64,000 bases of DNA, taken from Dendrobates tinctorius. Taxonomy: Eukaryota. Below are positions 37,818 through 51,804 of the stretch, piece by piece. The notes under the pieces are model-generated. The model saw only the letters and a program-made list of their open reading frames with translations, searched no databases and was not told the origin of the DNA. The position numbers were made by a program, and so were the translations under genes. Position 1 is the first letter of the stretch; the number at the start of each line of letters is the position of its first letter. The stretch covers positions 17,174,001-17,238,000 of the forward strand of contig NW_027361932.1 in assembly GCF_039654945.1 (NCBI RefSeq). The letters run 5' to 3'.

Positions 37818-38117
37818 AAAGCGGGATTTTCTGGTACTCACCGTAAAATCTCTTCCTTGGAGCCTTTATTGGGGGACACAGGTTACCATGGGTGTATGCT
37901 GCTGCTACCAGGGGGCTGACACTATGCAAAAAGGAAGAAATAGCTCCTCCCCAGCAGTATACACCCACCAACAGGCAAACTGAGGTACATAGTGCCTGTC
38001 GGTGGGTGTATACTGCTGGGGACGAGCTATTTTTTCCTTTTTGCATAGTGTCAGCCTCTTGGTAGCAGCTGCATACACCCATGGTTATCTGTGTCCCCCA
38101 ATAAAGAGACAAAGAAA
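37818..38117 (-). mobile_element. Mini-DIRS consisting only of two ITRs (hairpin)
   Basis: Arms 37864-37977 and 37993-38106 are complementary and homologous to DIRS A/B termini, including the right-end extension GGTGAGTACCAGAAAATCC. Confidence 0.8.
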
Positions 38118-38233
38118 TCTAGATTTCTTTAATCGTGTCATTGGGGGACACAGGTAACAATCTAGATTTCTTTTTTCTTAAAGTTTTCTTATATATATTT
38201 GCTAACACTATTATACATGTTCATGTCATACAG

Positions 38234-38335
38234 GCTAATAAGCACCGATGCCACAGCAAGAGGAATAGACATCACAGGAGTAAAATGTGTGATCAACTAT
38301 GATGCCCCACAGTACATCAGGGTATATGTTCACAG
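38234..38335 (+). CDS. DDX51: DDX51 exon 12 (motif V)
   Basis: [34 protein letters not shown]. Confidence 0.97.
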
Positions 38336-39480
38336 GTAAGGTCATCTTGGGTGTATACAGATATGTATACTGTGTGAATCGTCTAGATTTAATAATGTGT
38401 TTCTAAAATTAGTTTATACTTCTTAAATTACTGTCTGATGAGCGTAATACACTTAGGCTGGAATCACATATCCATTTTTGTGGTCCTAGTACAGACTACG
38501 GGTCTCCTGACCTAGAAACAACAGCCTCATGGACTTATACGAAACTGTAGTGTTCGAGTAAAGACGTTCTTTTCTTGGCCAGTCTTGAAATCACAGTTCT
38601 TATTAAAATCTTGAAAACAAGACATATTGTAAAAATAAGTGCCGTGGCAGATTTTTTTTTCTCGTAGGTAAAATCATAGACCAATTTTCAGGATTTTCAT
38701 CATTGTTTGGTCAGAGTGTTAGTTTTTACAATCTGATTTTCTTATATGCAAAAAAAAATAAATAAAAAATTGCAAACCTCCTACTTTATTGCAATGTTAA
38801 ATATGGCAATAGAAAAAGTGGTATGATTAGCTCACCCATCCACGAGTACACAGGATCCCAAATCCAAGGAAAGGCAGTCCATAAAGAGAAGAAAGTTGAT
38901 CCAGCACTTGAGATAAAATGCAAAACTTTATTCCCAAAATTTTTCCATCAGTAAAAACCTGAATTCAAGGAAAAATCCACATTCTGAAATGGAATAATGT
39001 ATTATCCGAGGAGAAAGTCCCAAGAGAAAATTAATATCCTGGATACTTCTTATTCATAACCTCTAGGTTATGAATTAGAAGAGTTTATGAATAAGAAATA
39101 TCACTTTGAAACGCGTCAACTCCTATATGCATGAAAAAAATAGCTGCTACTGCCCCGTGCTTGGTGGATAAATCCTCCAGGAGATGTTGTATCCAGTTGG
39201 ATAAACACGTAGGTGGGCTGCGCTGCTGGAGTAAATCAATTCTTCAGAAAAAGTGATGAGGAAACGGCTTTTTATTCACAGCGCGTTTCAACGCCGTATC
39301 GGCGCCTTTTCACTTAACCCCTTCCTGACATCAGACGTACTATCCCGTCCATGGGACCCGGGCCCCTATGCCCATGGACGGGATAGTACGTCTACCGCGA
39401 TCAGCGGCGCCCACGTGGTGAGCGCTGCTGATCGCGGCCGGGTGTCAGCTGATTATCACAGCTGACACCCGGCACAATGT

Positions 39481-42420
39481 CATAAATAGAAAAATGGCAA
39501 ACAGCACTTGCAGGATCAGAGAGATGCACGCTCACCGTCCAGAGACCCAATTGGACAACAGGAATCCCAATGAAATGAAGAAGAGCAGCATCCAATCCAG
39601 GTGAGAAATGTATAAATTTATTCAGCCATGAAGAAATGCAACGTTTCAACCACCAAATGGTCTTTTTCAAGCATACAAAACAGCATATAGGGCAGTCTTA
39701 TATAGGCCCAAATGGCCAATCAGCATCATATAGCCGCCCATCAGACAATAAACAACAGTAATACATATAAAACACATTAACATACAGTATATATAAAGAA
39801 ATAATGTTACGTGTAAAACATCATTAAAAACAATTATAGTAAAGAAAAATATAGCCACTCACTTTTCTATGGTGGCCAATCAACAGATAGCATCCTCAGT
39901 TGTCCTAACAACCCCCAACCAATGAGTCACAAGCTTACAACTAGTATTGTCAGTCATGGCACATAGCCAATTATTACACCTCCTTGAAATCGGCACCAAA
40001 TCAAATAGCCTATAGTAGTTACCAGCACATTACGTCATACTCCCAGCATTCCCAGAGTCTTCATCAGCCCAAAAGAGTTGCTAAAAAGCACCAATGCCGT
40101 GACAGAAAGAATAGCGACGCAGGAGTCAAAATCCCGCGATACAACGCCACCAAATTCTCGCACACGCGCATTTGCGCATAACAGATTCCCAAATGACCGC
40201 GTGATCAACAAATCTCGCAATACTACGTCATTCAACTCCCGCGCATGCGCAATCGCGCAGAATGGATACCATAGTAACCACATCGTCATCCACTCATAAT
40301 ATAGCGTCACTGAACTTACCGCACCTGCGTGAAAGCACACAGCAAGTTCAACAAAACCAACAGAGCGGTCACATGGCCAGCACCGTTATAAGTCCCATAA
40401 TAATGCAAATATCAAGTCTGTGCAGTAGCATTTTCAATGTAGTAACAAAGGGAATCCTACATATTCAAATATGGTTTATCTATAAGATAATGTTCAGGCG
40501 GTCACATGACTAATCCCATCACTGAAATATCATTGGCCACCAACCTTCAAAAATCAATCACATGACAATGTCACATGATCCCATATTGAAAAAAACAACA
40601 AGGCCATCAAAAATACCTCATATGCACATGCCCATTCAGCGATAAATCTCACAAAAGGGCTATCCAAAAAAAGGATTAGCCACACTTGTAAGATACAGAA
40701 GAGAACTGAGACATTGATAATTAAAGACACTACAATATGGCCCAATTTGATGAATTTAACATCCAGTAACTTTATTATCATATTCACAGAAAAGAGGAGG
40801 GCAAGAGGGCATGGGGATTAACAATATGATTTTACATGAATAGACCAACAAGTCTTCAGGGAAATTCAGTCCCCATGTCCTCCAGTCACTCCACCGCATC
40901 ATTCCTATAAAAACAAAAAGACAAAATTAAAACCAATCAACACTGTTGAAAAGTGAAGGATGACGTTATCAAGACTCATATGGACTACTTAGTACAAATC
41001 TGCAGATTATAATCAAGATTCAAACCCTTCGGTTGAAGGGTACCCAAGATCGAAATCCATCTCAGCTCTTTCCTTTTCAACAATGTAATCCTGTCACCAC
41101 CCCGTCTTAACAATGGGACCCCATCTATCACCCTAAATCTTAATTGATTCACAGAATGTCTACATTCAACAAAATGCTTCGGTATTGGGAGTTCCAAAAG
41201 TTGTGTTCTAATAGTGCTCTTATGTTTACTAATACGTGCCCTAATTTCCATAGTAAGATTTAGGGTGATAGATGGGGTCCCATTGTTAAGACGGGGTGGT
41301 GACAGGATTACATTGTTGAAAAGGAAAGAGCTGAGATGGATTTCGATCTTGGGTACCCTTCAACCGAAGGGTTTGAATCTTGATTATAATCTGCAGATTT
41401 GTACTAAGTAGTCCATATGAGTCTTGAAGGTTGGTGGCCAATGATATTTCAGTGATGGGATTAGTCATGTGACCGCCTGAACATTATCTTGTAGATAAAC
41501 CATATTTGAATATGTAGGATTCCCTTTGTTACTACATTGAAAATGCTACTGCACAGACTTGATATTTGCATTATTATGGGACTTATAACGGTGCTGGCCA
41601 TGTGACCGCTCTGTTGGTTTTGTTGAACTTGCTGTGTGCTTTCGCGCAGGCGCGGTAAGTTCAGTGACGCTATATTATGAGAGTGGATGACGATGTGGTT
41701 ACTATGGTATCCATTCTGCGCGATTGCGCATGCGCGGGAGTTGAATGACGTAGTATCGCGAGATTTGTTGATGACGCGGTCATTTAGGAATCTGTTATGC
41801 GCAAATGCGCGTGTGCGAGAATTTGGTGGCGTTGTATCGCGGGATTTTGACTCCTGCGTCGCTATTCTTTCTGTCACGGCATTGGTGCTTTTTAGCAACT
41901 CTTTTGGGCTGATGAAGACTCTGGGAATGCTGGGAGTATGAGGTAATGTGCTGGTAACTACTATAGGCTATTTGATTTGGCGCCGATTTCAAGGAGGTGT
42001 AATAATTGGCTATGTGCCGTGACTGACAATACTAGTTGTCAGCTTGTGACTCATTGGTTGGGGGTTGTTAGGACAACTGAGGATGCTATCTGTTGATTGG
42101 CCACCATACAAAAGTGAGAGGCTATATTTTTCTTTACACTGCGTCATTACTATAATTGTTTCTAATGAAGTTTTACACGTAACATTATTTCTTTATATAT
42201 ACTGTATGTTAATGTGTTTTATATGTATTACTGTTTATTGTCTGATGGGCGGCTATATGATGCTGATTGGCCATTTGGGCCTATATAAGACCGCCCTATA
42301 TGCTGTTTTGTATGCTTGAAAAAGACCACTTGGTGGTTGAAACGTTGCATTTCTTCATGGCTGAATACATTTATACATTTCTCACCTGGTTTGGATGCTG
42401 CTCTTCTTCATTTCTTTGGG
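39481..42420. mobile_element. Penelope-like element: two 5'-truncated copies in inverted orientation
   Basis: GIY-YIG C-terminus (HFVECRH...RRGGDR...ELRWISILGTLQPKGLN) at 40985-41251(-) and 41254-41411(+); 14-bp TSD ACCCGGCAC(A/T)ATGT at 39467-39480 and 42421-42434. Confidence 0.9.
42312..42350 (+). ncRNA. Minimal hammerhead-like ribozyme of Penelope (U3-A8 variant); mirror copy at 39636-39674 (-)
   Basis: ATGC-TTGAAAA-A-GACCA-cttgg-TGGTT-GAAA-CGTT-GCAT: stem I ATGC/GCAT, stem II, GAAA, self-complementary AACGTT. Confidence 0.6.
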
Positions 42421-45400
42421 ACCCGGCACTATGTGTCAGGGGCGGTCACGGACCGCCCCCGACACGTTAACCCCTTGCACCCCGCGATCAAACATGATTG
42501 CTGTGTACCGGGGTTTAAAGGGAAGCATCGGCAGGGAGGGGGCTCCCTCCGTGCTTCCCTGAGCCCCCCACGGCAGCGCAATGTGCAGCGCTGCTGCGGG
42601 GGTCTCTTTCCCTACAGGCCCCCGAATCCAAGATGGCGACGGGGGCCTGTAGGGAGCTGACTTCCTCAGTGCCTGCAAAGCGCAGGCATGAGGAAGTCTG
42701 CAGAACTGCCTGTGACAGATTGCTGATCTGTCACAGTGATCTGTGATGTGACAGATCAGCGATCTGTCACAGGACAGTGATGTCCCACCTGGGACTATGT
42801 AATAAAGTTAAAAAAAAAAAAAAAAAAAAAAAAGTGTTAAAATAATTTTAACAAAAACAAAATAAATTAGAAAAAAACAAAAATATTCCCCCAATAAATC
42901 CATTTTTTTTAAATAAAAAATAAAAGTACACATATTAGGTATCGCCGCGTCCGTAACGACCTGTCCTATAAAACTATCCCATTAGTTAACCCCTTTAGCG
43001 AACCCCTTAAAAAAATAAAAATAAAAAACGAAGCAAAAAATAATGATTTATTATCATACCGCCAAACAAAAAGTGCAATAACGCGCGATCAAAAAGACGC
43101 ATATAAATAACCATGGTACCGCTGAAAACGTCATCTTGTTCCGCAAAAAACGAGCCACCATACAGCATCGTCAGCGAAAAAATAAAGTTATAGCTTGCAG
43201 AATAAAGCGATACAAAAATAATTATTTTTTTATATAAAATAGTTTTCATTGCATAAAACCGACAAAACATAAACGACCTAAATGAGGTATCGCTGTAACC
43301 GTACTGACCCGAAGAATAAAACCGCTTTATCAATTTTACCGCACGCGGAACAGTGTAAACGCACCCCCCCAAAAGATATTCATGAAACGCTGGTTTTTGT
43401 TCATTCTGCGTCCCAAAAATCGGAATAAAAAGCGATCAAAAAATGTCACGTGCCCGAAAATGGTACCAATAAAAACGTCAACTCGTCCCGCAAAAAATAA
43501 GACCTCATATGACTCAGTGAGTCAAAATACGGAAAAATTATAGCTCTCAATATGTGGTGATGCAAAAACTATTTTTATAATAAAAAGCGTCTCTTAGCGT
43601 GCGACAGCCGCCAAAAATAAAAACCCGCCATAAATAGTAAATCAAACCCCCCTTTATCACCCCCTTAGTAAGGGAAAAATAATAAAATTAAAAGAAAATG
43701 TATTTATTTCCATTTTCTCGCTAGGGTTAGGGCCAGGGTTAGGGTTAGGGGTGTGTTGGCGTTAGGGTTGGAGTTAGAATTGGGGGTTTCCACTGTTTGG
43801 GCACATCAGGTGCTCTCCAAATGCAACATGGCGTCTGATCTCAATTCCAGCCAATTCTGAGTTGAAAAAGTCAAATGGTGCTCCTTCCCTTCCAAGCTCT
43901 GCCATGCGCCCAAACAGTGTTTTACCCCCACATATGGGGTATCAGCCTACTCAGGACAAATTGCAAAACAACTTTTGGTGTCCAATTTCTCCTGTTACCG
44001 TTAGGAAAAAAAAAATTGGGGGCAAAAATATCATTTTTGTGGAAAAAAATGATATTTTTTATTTTCACGCCCGGGCGTTATAAACTTCTGTGAAGCACTT
44101 GGGGGTTCAAAGTGCTCACCACACATCTAGATAAGTTCCGTGGGGGGTCTAGTGTCCAAAATGGGGTCACTTGTGGGGAGTTTCAATAGTTTAGGTAGAT
44201 TAGGGGCTCTCCAAACGCACATGACACCCGCAGACCAGTCCATCAAAGTCTGCATTCCAAAACGTCACTACTTCCATTCCGAGCCCCGACGTGTACCCAT
44301 ACAGTAGTTTTCTCCCACAAATGGGGTGTCAGCGTACTCAGGACAAATTGGACAACAACTTTTGGGGTCCAATTTCTCCTGTTACCCTTAGGAAAATAAA
44401 AAAATTGGGGACTAATTGATTATGTTTGTGGAAAAATTACGATTTTTTTATTTTCATGCCCGGGCACTATAAACTTCTGTGAAGCCTTTGGGGGTTCAAA
44501 GTGCTAACCACACATCTAAATAAGTTCCTTAGGGGGTCTAGTTTCCAAAAGGGGGTCATTTGTGGGGGGGTTTCCACTGTTTAGGTACATTAGGGGCTCT
44601 CCAAAGACAACATGACACCTGCAGACCATTCCATCAAAGTCTGCATTCCAAAACGTCACTACTTCCCTTCCGAGCCCCGACATGTGCCCATACAGTAGTT
44701 TTCTCCCACATATGGGGTATCAGCTTACTCAGGACAAATTGGACAACAACTTTTGGGGTCCAATTTCTCCTGGTACCCTTGGGAAAATAAAAAAAATTGG
44801 TGACTAAAAGATCATGTTTGTGGAAAAAATACGAATTTTTTATTTTGACGCCCGGGCGTTATAAACTTCTGTGAAGCACTGGAGGGGTCAAAGTGCTCAC
44901 CACACATCTAGATAAGTTCCTTGGGGGGTCTAGTTTACAAAATGGTGTCATTTGTGGGAGGTTTCCACTGTTTTGGTACATCAGGGGCTTTCCAAACGCG
45001 ACATGGTGTCAGATCTCAATTTCAGCCAAAAACGTCAAATGGTGCTGCTTCCCTTCCGAGCTCTGCCATGCACCCAAATAGTGGTTTACCCCCACATGTG
45101 GGGTATCAGCGTACTCAGGACAAATGGCACAATAACTTTTAGGGTCCTGTTACCCTTGGGAAAATAAAAATTGGGGGTGAAAAGATCATTTTTGTGGAAA
45201 AAATATGATTTTTTAATTGTACCGCTGTACGTTATAAACTTCTGTGAAGCCCTTGTGGGTTCCAAGTTCTCACCACATATCCAGATAAGTTCCTTGGGGG
45301 GTCTAGTTCCCTAAGTGGGGTCACTTGTGGGGGGTTTCCACTGTTTAGGTACATCAGGGGCTCTCTAAACGTGACATGGCGTCCGATCTGAATTCCAGCC

Positions 45401-48400
45401 AATTTTGCATTGAAAAAGTCAAACGGCGCTCCTTGCCTTCTGAGCTCTGCCATGCGCCGAAACTGTGGGTCCCCCCAAGTTATCAGGTATCAGCGTACTC
45501 AGGACAAATTGCACAATAACTTTTGCAGTCCAATTTGTCCTGTTGCCCTTGGTAAAATAAAAAAAAATTGAACCTGAAGTATTTTTTTTGTGAAAAAAAG
45601 TTAGATATTCATTTTTTTTTTTTTTCAATATTCAAAAAATTCTTGTGACGCACCTAAAGGGTTAATAAACTTCTTGAATGTGGTTTTGAGCACCTTAAGG
45701 GGTGCAATTTTTAGAATGGTGTCACTTTTGGGTATTTTCTATCATATAGACCCCTCAAAGTGGCTTCAAATGTGATGTGGTCCGTAAAAATAAAATGGTG
45801 TTGCAAAAATGAGAAATCGCTGGTCATTTTTTAACCCTTATAACTTCCTAACAAAAAAAATTTTGGTTCCAAAATTGTGCTGATATAAAGTAAACATGTG
45901 GGAAATGTTATCAAGTTTTTTGTGTGCCGTATCTCTGTGATTTAAGGGCATAAAAATTCAAAGTTGGAAAATTGCGAAATTTTCAAAATTTTCGCCAAAT
46001 TTGCATTTTTTTCACAAATAAACGCAAGTTATTTGAATGAAATTTTACCACTATCATGAAGTACAATATGTTATGAGAAAACAGTGTCAGAATCAGCGGG
46101 ATCCATAGAAGCGTTCCAGAGTTATGACCTCATAAAGGGACAGTGGTCAGAATTGTAAAAATTGGCCCGGTCATGAACGTGCAAACCACCCTTGGGGGTG
46201 AAGGGGTTAAAGAAGACATTGGTACAGCGTTGAAACATGTTTTGAATAAAAAGCCTTTCTCGTTCGCCTTATTGGGGGACACAGAGACCATGGGTGTATG
46301 CTTTGCTGCCACTAGGAGGCTGACACTATGCACAAAAAAATGTTAGCTCCTCCTCCGCAGTGTACACCCCACCGACCGGCACCAATTTCCTCAGTTTAGC
46401 TTAGTGTCAGTAGGAGGTGGACACGGGTCTTTCATTAGACCCATATCTACCTCGTCGTGCGTCGTTCCTTTACAGGTTCTACGGAGGGATACAGAGTGAA
46501 AAGTCACATCTGTACTCCCACATGGCGTCTGCGAGTACGGCGTGTACTGCCACCCGGTATCCTTGCAGTTCTCCGCGGCAGGACCAGCCAGACGGACGCC
46601 GACACCAAGACGTGCCAGCGACTCCAGGGGTCCTTGTCGCCAGTCTCCCTACCAGAGCCTGTCGGTTGGATGAGACGCAGGACTTCTTCAGACCCAGGTA
46701 ACGGATCGGGGATGGGTGAGTATAGATTTTTATTACCTGGCTGCTCATTCCCGACGGACAGGGGGCCTCTTCAATGGCACAGGGATGCGGGCACTGCGGG
46801 CGCTCGCAGTCGCCCTACATCTATAGGCACACCATGCTCTTTTTTGCTGGCCCCGCATTCCCCCCCCCCTCCCCCTTTCTGGGGAAAAGGGAGCACAGGG
46901 CCTTTTTCCTTTCCTCCCCTTGAGAGCGGCTTGCAGCTGCGGCGTCCCCTTCTTCCGACCTCCGCGCCTACCGCCTGCTGACAGGCGGCTGCCGCAACTA
47001 ATTTAGGCCCCGGCTTCAGTTTGGGCCTACCGCTGCGTCGCGGCCACGCCCCCCGCCCCTTTCTTCTAAGCGGGCTTCTCTCCCGCTCTTCCCAGGCCCT
47101 CCCACCGCCTGTCCTTCACCTGCCCAGCCTGCCATTGGCTAGAGGGCGGTGAATTTTAACCCTGCGATGTGCTCCGCCCTCCCTCCTCTCCTGGACGCGC
47201 GCTCTTTCTCAGGCAGGCGCCATTTTACCAGCCTGTTAGCCGGACACCAGCTCGTCACCGGATCATCTTCTGCCAGCTGGTTTTTTCGTTCAGGAGGTCT
47301 ATCGGCCGGATTTCGCTCTGACCTGCATCCACTGACAGGTCGCAGAGCATCGCTTCTGGGGACACCGGACCGTGAGTAGCTCTGCACTGCAGACTGACCC
47401 TTCTCCGCCCTCTGTCCCCCAACCTTCCGGCATTACCTTAGCTTTTCACTATGTCTACCTCTAAGTCTGATCGTACCCGCTCTACTGCCCCCCCCCCTGC
47501 ACTTTAGTCAAGTTCTTTGCATGTTCTTCGTGCAATCGCAAACTTCCAACAGGCCAGTCCACTCCCCTCTGCCTGGATTGTAGCAACCCAATTCAGCCTG
47601 ACGCCGTCCAGGAGCCATCTACGGCTCCAGGTGAGAGTGAACCCCCCATGCCTGGCTGGGCCTCCTCGCTATCTCAATCAGTGGCAGACCTCACCAAGGT
47701 GTCTCAGTCCCTGGTGGCCGTTCTTGATAAGTTGCCCCTGGACTCTTCAGCAGGGCCAAGCAGGTCCCAAATTGTTCCATCTGAGTCAGCCAGCGTTAGT
47801 CGCAAAAGACCCAGGCAAGATGCCCAGCCGGATTCCTCTCCTCGTCCCATCTCACCGCATAGCCCTTCTCAGCAGCCTCCCTCTCGGGCCTCCTCTCCCG
47901 AGTCAGGTGAAGCACTTTCGGACAGGTCATCTGAGGGGATTTTAGAGCTGGATTCAGACCAGGGTGCAAACATGAAGGTCACAGTGCAGAACCTCATTGC
48001 AGCGATCCATCATACTTTCGATATTGCTGACTCCCCTGCGAAATCCTCAGATCAGGAGGTTTCGTTCAGACGGGCAGAAACTCCCTCCAGGGTTTTTCCT
48101 TTCCATTCCGAGTTTGGGAAGATTTTTACCAAGGAAAGAGAGGATCCGACCATACGCTTTCAAAGAGGAAAACGTCTAGGCGTACTCTACCCATTTGCTA
48201 AGGAGCTCACGGACAACTGGTCGGCCTCTCCCTCGGTGGATCCGCCCGTGTCCAGGCTTTCCAATAACACGGTTCTCCCGCTTTCAGGCGTGGCGTCCCT
48301 AAAGGATTCTAATGACAGGATTATAGAATCCCTGGCAAAGTCTGCCTTTGAAGCGGCTTCAGCGGCTGTGTGCCCAATCTTTTCTTCATCCTGGGCAGCA

Positions 48401-51400
48401 AAGGCCATAGCCACGTGGGCAGACGACCTTCGTCAAGGCGTGTTAGATAAGGCGCAACCGGAGCGTTTTTCCGATCTCGCCAATCAGATCTCCCATGCTG
48501 GGGACTATCTTCTTTCCGCTTCCTTGGATGCCGCATCCTGTGCAGTTCAGACGTCAAGCAACGTAGTTGTAATTCGACGTACAGTTTGGCTAAAGGCCTG
48601 GCAAGCGGACTTCTCTTCTAAAAAGTCCCTCACTAACCTGCCTTTTCAGGGGGTGCGCCTCTTTGGGTCCCAATTGGACCAGATTATTAAGGACGCCACC
48701 GGAGTCACGAGTTCACTTCTCCCTCAGTCCAATCCTCGCAGACCTCCACTAAGGCATCAGTTTCGACCCTTTCGGACTTTCCGCCGTTTCAATACGGCGG
48801 ACAACTCCTCCAGCCAACAGAGACCGCAGGCTCGCCAGGAGAGAAAGGAAAGTTTCCTTCAGACCCACTCCTTCCTGGCGATCCCACTCTTCCCAGGGCA
48901 GACCGTCCAGATCTGGATCTGGACGGTCTACTTCAGCATGACTATCGTCGGACACGCGAGGGGCCTTTCCAATTGGGAGGCCGACTTCCTTCCTTCAGGG
49001 ACGTTTGGCTGGCCTCCGTAGAGGACGCTTGGGTCAGGGAGGTCGTATCCTCAGGATACAAGATACAGTTCGTCTCTCTCCCACGGGATCGTTTCTTCGA
49101 ATCCCGGCCTCCAAAGGATCCAGCCTTGGTCCCGGGGTTCTCTACGGCTATCGCCTCTCTCCTCAGACAGCACCACTACCAGCTCGTCGCACTGCCCTTC
49201 GGTCTTGCCACCGCTCCCAGACTCTTCACGAAGATCGTGGCTGCGTTGATGGCTTTGTTGAGAGTCAGAGGTCTCGTTCTTTTCCCGTACCTAGACGATA
49301 TTCTGATCAGGGCTCCCTCATTTCAACAGGCTCACCAAAGTTTGTCAATCGTCCTGGACACTCTTTCCAATTTCGGGTGGATCGTCAACAGGAAAAAGTC
49401 CTGTCTGGTTCCTACCCAACGCCTGGTCTTTCTAGGCCTTCTGTTCGACACTCGTTGGTCAAGGGTCTTTCTCCCACAAGAGAAGATTCTCTCTCTGCAG
49501 CAGGAAGTACGATCGCTGCAGATCTCACGATTCCCGTCCCTCCGTACAGCCAGGAGGGTCCTGGGAAAGATGGTGGCGGCGATAGAGGCAGTTCCCTTTG
49601 CCCAATTTCACGCCAGACCTCTCCAGCAGGCCATTCTGTCGAAGTGGAACAGGTCGCCTCGGTCCCTGGATCGCCCTGTTCCTCCTTCTTACCGGATCAA
49701 GCGGTCCCTCAACTGGTGGTTGTCGTCACCTCTCATTCTATCGGGTCGATTCTTCCTTCCCATTCGCTGGCAGATAGTAACCACAGATGCCAGTCTCCTC
49801 GGTTGGGGTGCAGTGTTCCGCAACCACACTGTTCAGGGTCGATGTTCGGATCGGGAATCAGTACCAATCAACATTCTGGAGATTCGAGCTATCCATCTTG
49901 CTCTCGTTCACTGGGAAAGGCTCCTCAAGGGACTGCCGGTACGGATTCAGACAGACCGCCACAGCGGTGGCATATGTCTACCGCCAAGGGGGAACACTGA
50001 GTGTCTCAGCCCTGGCGGAGGGGTCCAAGATTCTTCGTTGGGCGGAGATTTCCGTTCAGACAATTTCCGCGGTGCACATTCCCGGCGTAGACAACTGGGC
50101 CGACGATTTTCTCAGCCGCAAGGGTCTCGCGGCGGGAGAGTGGTCCCTCCATCCGGAGGTGTTTCATCTGCTCTGCCTTCGGTGGGGAACCCCGGATGTA
50201 GACCTCATGGCGTCTCGCCTCAACAGGAAAGTCCCACAATTCGTGTCCAGGTCTCGGGACCCTCTGGCAGTGGGCGCCGACGCCCTGGCCGTTCCTTGGT
50301 CCCAGTTCGACCTTCCCTACCTGTTCCCTCCTCTGCCTCTTCTTCCCAACCTGTTGAAAAAGATCAAGGCAGAAGGAATTCCAGTCATTCTCATCGCCCC
50401 GAATTGGCCCAGAAGGTCTTGGTTCGCGGACATTGTCAACCTTCTCGCGGACGCCCCCTGGAAGCTTCCAGACAGAACAGATCTGCTGTCTCAGGGACCG
50501 ATTTGCCACCCCAATTCTCGGCCGCTCAATTTAACGGCGTGGCTGTTGAGACCAAGGTTCTGAAACGGGTAGGATTTTCCGACCAGGTAGTTCAGACCAT
50601 GATCCGAGCCAGAAAGCCATCATCTTCCAAGATCTACTACCGTACTTGGAAGGCCTATTTCACTTGGTGTGAGACCAATAACATTGCGCCCATGTCCTTT
50701 TATTCGGTCGTCCATGACAGCACCACCTGAGAGAGGGGATCCGCCCTTTTGGAACAGGAAACCTACAGATACAAAAAGGGTGGCACCTCTCCCACGCATC
50801 AGTTGGTTTCCTGTTCCTAACAAGGACAGAACTCCCTACAGATCGTCCGTCATGGATAACTGAAGACCCAGGCCAGCGGACCGGCTCAGGTAGCGGGGGG
50901 TTCTCCTACCTCGGTCTCGCTGGGAGCCCTGGATGCGCCACGGTGGGTCCGGGTAGGATTTCCACGGCAGTGGTAAGAGCAGGCGGAGACAGGGTCCGGC
51001 GGATGCCTTCTCCATGGGACCGGTGATAAGTGGGGTCCCCCTGTGTCTCCTTCCCCGGAGCGGTCCGTTCGGGCGGGCGCCGCCGGCGGTGTCCCACAAA
51101 GGAGCGGACGGTTCCGAGCCGGCGGCGCAGTGCTAGCCCCTTGCCGCGCGTCCCCGCGGCCTCTGTCGCGCGGCGGAAGTGATGGGGCGGGGCCTAGCGC
51201 CGAAACCGGAAGTCGGATGCCGGTCGACTTCCGGTTGTTGAGGACACGCGCCGATGCGGGCCCGCCGCCTGGCGGGCCTGAAGGGGAGGATCGCAGAGCG
51301 GTCCAATGAGGGGCCCGAACACCGGACGCGGTGCCTGCTGATCCGGAGGGGAAGCCTTCTTAATGCAGAAGGCATTGCTGCGGAGGTGCTTCTGGAGGCC

Positions 51401-51804
51401 CAGCGATGGACACAACAGAAGCCCCCAAGGACCCACAAGAGGTGCAGCCCGTGGCAAAGCACCCCAGTGACCAGCCTAAGAGGCGGAAGGAAGGGAGCCA
51501 CAGTAGCTCCTCTAGGCCAAAGGATCCTCCTGCAGCCCCCCGTGATCCGGTACCTATCCTCATCTGCAAGGGTAAGAGATCTGCGAGAATGTACCCTGAT
51601 GCAGTGTCCCTTTATATTTTTTTGATTCTCAGGGGAAGAAGGCCACAGGGAAACAGAAGCACAAGGAATGTGCCCTCTGTAGTTGCCCCTTACCAGATGG
51701 TCACCCTAAGAGATTATGTCAGTCTTGCGTGAGACAGACGGTAGGGACGGAGATGAGGGGTAGAACGTGAGTGGAGTTTCAGACTCTTACACTCTTCCCT
51801 ATTT

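Larger units (their letters stand above)
39318..46206 (+). mobile_element. Non-autonomous piggyBac-type element with internal ~390-bp tandem repeats
   Basis: TTAA TSD (39314-39317, 46207-46210); CCCCTTC/GAAGGGG TIRs; repeat marker ATAAACTTCTGTGAAGC at 44080, 44469, 44861, 45234; interrupted by a Penelope insertion. Confidence 0.85.

Noticed and set aside
39984-41992. Paired identical ORFs on opposite strands (MLKSTNAV..., MKSAPNQ...)
   Set aside because: By-products of the Penelope inverted repeat; no recognisable domain
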